Positions 58,037 through 64,000 of a stretch of 64,000 bases of DNA are shown here, piece after piece (position 1 is the first letter of the stretch; each line of letters opens with the position of its first letter). Below the pieces are notes generated by a model. It was not told the origin of the DNA. It did no database searches and saw only the letters and a program-made list of their open reading frames with translations. The stretch covers positions 558,001 through 622,000 of the forward strand of contig CBFDEM010000011.1 in assembly GCA_965603825.1 (NCBI GenBank), given 5' to 3'. A program made the position numbers and the translations under genes. The stretch is from Blepharisma stoltei ATCC 30299 (taxonomy: Eukaryota > Protista > Ciliophora).

Positions 58037-58243
58037 TTAACTGTTTGTGGTCTCAACAGTAGGTTCACTAATTAATCCATTTGTTGAAGGGTTAAAAACC
58101 CTGATTTTAAAATGTTTGCCTTTCGCTGGCAAACTTAAGCTTAAATCAGCTTTTGGAAAATCCGATAGCTTTGTGTCTTTTTCTTCTGGCATTTCTTCAT
58201 CACCTGTACTTGGACGACTCTTAATATTTGCTGTACATCCCAT
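58037..58243 (-). CDS. MGC-microprotein paralog 3, 68 aa
   Basis: MGCT start; PAKGKHFKIRVFNPSTNGL. Confidence 0.75.
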   Translation of the reverse strand: MGCTANIKSRPSTGDEEMPEEKDTKLSDFPKADLSLSLPAKGKHFKIRVFNPSTNGLISEPTVETTNS

Positions 58244-58987
58244 TTTTTAAAGTATAAGCTTTAATTCTTTTTTAGAGTTTTCGCGAATTCAAAAAAATAT
58301 TAATCATCTGGAAGAAGGATTTATATCAATTGGAGGCAAAAGTTTGGGCTATAAATGTATTAGGAGAATCGGCTAATAAGAAGACTTATCAAATTTGGAA
58401 ACTTACATAGGAATGATAATTATGCTAATCGTTGAAAACGACTAGTAAGCTTTTATTAAATAAGTTCATCCTTTTTTCTTGGATTTTAATGAAATTTTTT
58501 CCAGCTTTGAATGATTAACGCTAAGCAGACGAAATAGAAGACAACAAAATCTTGATTGAGATCTTAATTTTCAATGCCATTTTAAGATGGTTAATAAAGC
58601 ACGTTCAGAAAGAGGAAATATTTAATGTTAAAAATTGGTTTTCAAGCAATTTTGGGCAAAAAGTCTTAAGATAATAAGAGATTATAATCAAATTTCCATT
58701 ATAGAGCAGGTGCTGCTTAGAACAGTAACTTCAAGTGAGCTAAAAATATAGCCTTAAATCAATTAGCAAATCAACAATTCTAAAGCATCTATTTTATGCA
58801 ATCTATCTAAATTTAATAAAGATACTTTTATCTCATATCATATATGATATATTTTAATTTCCTATTTATCTTTAATTTAAAATATTAATAATTCTTAAAA
58901 GCTTCCAAAATTTTCGTAATTATCTCTGTAATTGGTTTAAAATTAAATTTTCACACATTTTAGCTTATTTTTAAATAAATTTTAATA

Positions 58988-59452
58988 ATGATAAAAGCCG
59001 TCATCATTTTTAACACAGCAGGAAAGCATCGACTTGTGAAGTTTTATGAAGAAATTGTAAATCACATTTAGCCGCATGACAAGAAAAATGAAATTATCGC
59101 GAATTTATTTAAAGAATGCACAAAACGAGGAGAATATAGCTGCAATTTCATCGAAGAATCCAATTTATGGAGAGGCTGCAAAGTAATTTTTAGGCTGTAT
59201 GCCACTTTATATATAGTCTTTGTAGTAGATGAAGCAGAAAATGAATTAGGGATCCTTGATTTAATACAAGTTTTTGTTGAAGTTTTAGATAAAGCTTTTG
59301 AAAATGTATGCGAGCTTGATTTGGTTTTCCATCCTGAAAGGGCTTATGCGCTACTTGAAGAGCTCGTGATGGGAGGGATGGTTATTGAGACCAATATTTC
59401 AGAAATTTGGAAAATTTCACAAAATATGATTGCATTGGAAAGAAAGTCTTAA
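58988..59452 (+). CDS. AP3S1: Adaptor complex small chain, AP-3 sigma, 149 aa (absent from the ORF track)
   Basis: MIKAVIIFNTAGKHRLVKFY; intron 59057-59071; SCNF, RLYATLY, ENELGILDLIQVFVEVLDKAFENVCELDLVFH, MGGMVIETN. Confidence 0.92.
59057..59071 (+). other. 15-nt intron GTAAATCACATTTAG (in-frame TAG)
   Basis: Removal restores a contiguous sigma-adaptin. Confidence 0.92.
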
Positions 59453-59481
59453 TAAATAATTACAAATGAAATACTTTGTGC

Positions 59482-62115
59482 TTAGTTAATTAATTTTACG
59501 TTTTTTATAAATTCACAGCATTTTTCGATTGTTTCAGGCTCAGCACATAGAATTTCAATTGTATAATGATTTATTGTGGCATTAGCAAGATTAATTGTTT
59601 CTTTAAAATTGTAATTTTGTTGTGGGTGATTTATTTTGTATTTTATGATGCAGTTAAGTGTATCAATAGAATTTCCAAGGGCACTTAATTTTTCTTTAGT
59701 CATATGCGTAAAATCACTATTTGCTAGAATTGTAAAGGTTCTATCAAGATTCTTAATTGAATAAGCTAAAATAATCTGAGTTTTATTTATTTCGAAATTA
59801 TCAGCAAAAATAATAAATTTGCCTATAAACTCTTTAATAAACTGCATGATGAATAGCTTATGCAATATATCTGAATCTATTTGACTCATTTTATTTTCAT
59901 TTAGAAAAAATCAATCAAAAAATATCTCAAAATCTTCTGAATTGTTTAAAGCCCTAATAATACCTTTTAAGTCTTGATAAATATAGCTCAATTCTTCTAC
60001 AGAAATCTCTAATAAAATAGAAATAGGTGTCAATAAGTAAAATAAATCAATTTTTTCTTTAGAAATGCTATAAAGATTTGCCATAGCAAAAGAAAAATCA
60101 GCTCTGATTTTTGAGATTTTTGATGAGCTTTTTAAGATATATTGAGCATAAAGCCTCATTATTTCTATTACGTGAATTTCTTTTAATAAAAATATCCCAC
60201 ATGCTATTTCTCTATTTTTATTATTAAAATCATAGTGAATAGACTTGATTAATTTTGTAAAGATTTGAAGGCAAATAGGATGTGTATTAACTTTAAAGAA
60301 TAGGAATTCTTGATAAATTTTGACTAAAATAATGTCTATAAATGAGCTGCTAAGCGTTTGGCTTCAGAATCTGCTACAGTAGAGCTTAATAAAGCATTTT
60401 ATGAAATAAAGGCAAGGCTGCAATAATGGATGAGAAAAAATATTATTGAAGTCTTCTATTGCCAAAATAACTTTTAAAACATTTTCAAGCATTTCTTGGT
60501 GGATACAAAACTTTTCATAGTTTACTCGCATCGAGGTTAGGCTTTTTTGGGATATATTTTTATATTCATTTTTTATTATGGAGCATCAAATATAAATCAG
60601 TTTAATTAGCTTTGTGCAATTTTCATACTCTATGTCAGCTGACATTAATACATTATAATGCTTAAGAATCCATCTACCAAATTCCTGATAATAATCATCA
60701 GAGATTTTAAATACAACTACCAATTTTGCGTCATGGTGGCTCCATATTCCCTCATCTTCAAAATCAAAAATAATTTTGACATAAATTTTCCAAATATCCC
60801 ACGAAGTTTGCTTTAAAATCCTATTCATAAAACAATCATTTTCTGAAAGATTTTTCCAAAAATTTATTAAATCAAGTCAACATTTTTTGGAATTTTTTGA
60901 TTGCAAAGCATTGATCGTAAAACTGCTGATTTCCATATAAAAATCATTATTATGAGCTATTTCTTTGTGATCTAGTTTAGATATAAGCTTGATAAAAGAA
61001 TTGTAAACAATTTCATGATCAAGCCCAAATTTTGTTGTGAAGATTACTGTAATTCCTTTGATAATTTCTAGCATGTGATATTTAACAATATTTTGATTTA
61101 AGCTTATAATTATCTTTTCTTGATTGAGACCAATAAATTGCAAACAATTTGCAGCAGCTAAGGGATTATTTAATGCTAAAAAATTTTCAAATAATTTGAA
61201 AAATATCAAGAAAATATTTTTTGAATAAATTTCATCTATTTCTTCGTTTTTAAAAGATAACTTTCCATCAAACTGCAAGATATCATTGAGTAAACAAATA
61301 ATTTTCTGAATAATTTCAATTTTATTACCATGATTGGTTGTATCATCTATACTAGTCTCTAACGTCTGTAAAAGCTTAACAAATAGAGATGGTAATGTTT
61401 TAGATATAAAATTCTGAATATTAATCTCTCCTAGCTCACTATTTTGGCTTTTGTTTAAGAATCAGCTTTCTATGATTTTCGTGACCATGGATGTCATTGG
61501 TATCGATTCAGAAATTTTTCTATGAAAATCTTTTATATACAACTTTTCCATAATATTTTGGCGTTTAATTATGTATTTGATTATATCAATGCTTATATCT
61601 ATGTGCTCATAAGAAAGATCCAAATTCCCAATTACAAATTCTCAGAGATCTTCATTATTTTCCTGAAAATAAATCTCTCCAGTCAATTTTGCACAACATT
61701 CTTTTAACGTTTTTAATCTAAAAACATCTTTAATATTTTCAAAAATCTTACTTTTTACAATTTTGGATAGCATTGATATAAACTCACATGGGAATAAACT
61801 CCATTTCCTTTTTATAAATTACTTTGATAATATCTTAACAATCATTTCACAGTAAATTTGCAATATTTCGCTGTCTAATCTTGAGTTTTCTATGAATTCT
61901 AAAAGTTTTAAGCTATCTTCTCCATCAGCAAAATCCTTAAAGTAGCTATAAGCTTTTTCATTTTCTGAGGTCAGCTGGCTATGTGAAAATTACCTTGAAA
62001 ATAAGCTACCAAAGTGAAGAAAATCATTATGAAAGCTTAAAAGGCTACATGGATCATTATTTTTGCTTGACAACTCTGAAAGAGTATCTTTTTCATTGAC
62101 TTTTTCAAATGACAT
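59482..62115 (-). CDS. Large I/L/F/K-rich, probably alpha-solenoid (ARM/HEAT-like) protein, about 867 aa, two introns, six TGA
   Basis: ATG 62115; after removing 61979-61993 and 61808-61822 one frame with no TAA/TAG runs to 59482 and absorbs four track ORFs. The fold assignment is from composition only. Confidence 0.72.
61808..61822 (-). other. 15-nt intron GTAATTTATAAAAAG (AAG acceptor, in-frame TAA)
   Basis: GTA, A10, AG; removal keeps the frame open. Confidence 0.75.
61979..61993 (-). other. 15-nt intron GTAATTTTCACATAG (in-frame TAA)
   Basis: Consensus match; removal keeps the frame open. Confidence 0.82.
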
Positions 62116-62393
62116 TATATAATGTCTATTCAAAACAAAATAGTAAAGATATCTCTGTTCAACCAATTAAATTGAAATTTATTGCAAGTTTCTCCCTCAA
62201 AGCTTAATTTATGGCTAAAATCAGTTTGAGAGCCTAAATTAACAGAAAAATATCTTTAATGATTTTTCTTATTTTCACCTAAAAAAGGCAATTAACGACT
62301 CCTTGACAATTATTTCACTTAATTTTCCTCAATATTTCTTTCTCTCTTTACCTCCCTCCTAATCCTTATTCCATATTAAACACTAAGACATAA

Positions 62394-64000
62394 TTAATTA
62401 TCTTTAAGTTTTCTTTGCATATGTCTATTTTTATCATATGCTTTCGCTTTTTCCAGCCTCAATATCAATTCTTGTCTTTTTAAATCTTCTTCCTGCTTTT
62501 TCTTCACTTCCGGCAATTTTGAATAATGTTTTGCCGTCAATCTTTTCATTTCTTCTCTCGTAACTTTAGGCTTTTCCCCACTTGCTAATCTTTTTAGCAG
62601 CTCAGGATTTGGTCCTTTATTAGGGCTTTCTTTTACATTTAATTCTACAATCATCTCATTTTGTGGTTTTTTCACGATTTTTGGCTTAAGCATTTCTTTT
62701 CTTATTTGTTGCAGCTCTTCTTTGGTTTTTGTTTCTTTTTTGCTTGTTGTTTTATTAGTTAAGCTGCGCTTCTGTAGACGCTCCAAAAATTCTTGCTGCT
62801 TATTGCCAATTGATTTCTGAGGGGCTGAAAATTTTATATCCCAAGCTTCTGCAGGGGCATTTATATCATCTTCTATTGGAGTTTTAGTATAGCTTCTTGA
62901 TGTATTTAGTGAAGTTTTTTCTGCAAGAGAAGGCCTAGCTGTTTTAGGAGAAATGCAAGGAGATCTTGACAATGGAGTTACCGATCTTTTTGTGACCGGC
63001 TCTCTTGGGGAAAATGGCATCGGTGTCCTCGGTTTTTCATATTTTAAAACTTCGCGCTTTTTTACAGCAGCGCTACTTGGCCGTTTTTCTGGAACCTGTT
63101 GCTTTGGGGCTGTTTTTTTGACAGTTTCTGTGAACTCAAACTGCTGGCTACTTGTGACGCGGCTTATTTGAGGATTTTGCTCTTTTACTTGGTTTACATA
63201 GGAAGGGTTAGGCATGATTTGGTTACTAAACATGTGAGGCTGAGGCATCTGAGGCGGGTAATTCATGTATTGAGGCTGCATAAATTGAGGAGGATAATAA
63301 GGGTAGGGATACTGCATCATCACTGGGGGAGGCATATATTGATAAACTGGCACAACTTGAACTCCAAAATAAGGCAGACTTTCACGAGGGGTTTCCTGCC
63401 TTGAAGGCTCTCTACTTGATTTCTGAGGGTAGTTAGCTTCTTCTATTGGAAAATCTGCTTGAATGTCAATCGATTTAGTGCTTAAATGTATAGAGCTTGT
63501 ACTTTTCATATGAGTTTTTGTCAATTTTTTTTCTGTTTTAACATTATTTTGCACTTCCGTTTTGTTCAATTTTTCTATTTTTTCTTCCACTTTTGTGAAT
63601 GGTTCCACCTTTTTAGGTGGCTCCACTTTTTGATCAAAAGTGAAATAATTGACTTCTTGGTTTCTGTCAATTTCCAACTTTTTTTCCTTTTTTTTATCAC
63701 TACTCTCAGTATTTTTGTATGAAAATTTCTCATAGCTTAAAGCATTTTCATTGACTGGCTGCTCATCAAGCTCGTAGAAGGTCTCTGTATAGACTTCTTC
63801 AGGCTTTGTGTTTAATGGTTTTGATAGAGTAAATCCTAGTTCTTCTGAACTTTCTTCGTCGAGAAGGTGCTCAGAACTTGATTCATATTCTTGGGCTAAA
63901 AGTGCATTCAACTCTCTGTCTTCTTCTTGTTGCTTTTTTTGCAGCTCTTGAATAAGCCTTGACGCGTCTGTTTTTAGGTTTTGGTAGGTTGACTTTAAAA
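62394..64000 (-). CDS. Protein with C-terminal ALMS-like motif (possible basal-body protein); 5' end outside the window
   Basis: Frame open to the window edge; central Pro/Gln/Tyr/Met low-complexity tract; VTREEMKRLTAKHYSKLPEVKKKQEE..RQE...R...AKAY resembles the ALMS motif (EMxxRSxRxYxxLPEV). Confidence 0.7.
   Translation of the reverse strand, partial: LKSTYQNLKTDASRLIQELQKKQQEEDRELNALLAQEYESSSEHLLDEESSEELGFTLSKPLNTKPEEVYTETFYELDEQPVNENALSYEKFSYKNTESSDKKKEKKLEIDRNQEVNYFTFDQKVEPPKKVEPFTKVEEKIEKLNKTEVQNNVKTEKKLTKTHMKSTSSIHLSTKSIDIQADFPIEEANYPQKSSREPSRQETPRESLPYFGVQVVPVYQYMPPPVMMQYPYPYYPPQFMQPQYMNYPPQMPQPHMFSNQIMPNPSYVNQVKEQNPQISRVTSSQQFEFTETVKKTAPKQQVPEKRPSSAAVKKREVLKYEKPRTPMPFSPREPVTKRSVTPLSRSPCISPKTARPSLAEKTSLNTSRSYTKTPIEDDINAPAEAWDIKFSAPQKSIGNKQQEFLERLQKRSLTNKTTSKKETKTKEELQQIRKEMLKPKIVKKPQNEMIVELNVKESPNKGPNPELLKRLASGEKPKVTREEMKRLTAKHYSKLPEVKKKQEEDLKRQELILRLEKAKAYDKNRHMQRKLKDN

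Overview
AT-rich, gene-dense eukaryotic DNA from a heterotrich ciliate macronuclear chromosome, most likely Blepharisma (inferred, not searched). Two properties break the supplied ORF track. (1) TGA encodes Trp: it sits at invariant Trp positions in beta-tubulin, GSK3, ARL5 and START domains, and swaps with TGG between paralogs, while TAA/TAG terminate genes. (2) All eight introns found are exactly 15 nt (GTA......A...AG). Re-reading with these rules gives about 38 genes. Housekeeping and known-family genes: AMPK-alpha, two amino-acid permeases, NASP, two START proteins, USP14, beta-tubulin, a Kelch protein, TMEM216-like, a TPR protein, LITAF, ARL5, CFAP97-like, GSK3, eIF4E, SPCS3, AP-3 sigma and an ALMS-motif protein. 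Other loci: three tandem P-glycoprotein-type ABCB exporters with a catalytically dead cathepsin-B homolog and its pseudogene between them, a myristoylated PSAP/LYPxL + WWE-like protein, a 4-copy coiled-coil array, a Cys-rich GPI surface protein, three acylated microproteins and an 867-aa helical protein. Best candidates for undescribed biology: the ABCB/pseudoprotease cluster (NBD1 H-loop His->Gln; protease Cys->Asp, His->Val), the MGC- microprotein family with a nearby perfect 19-bp GC hairpin, and the late-domain/WWE-like protein. No rRNA, tRNA, CRISPR array or intact transposon was recognised.
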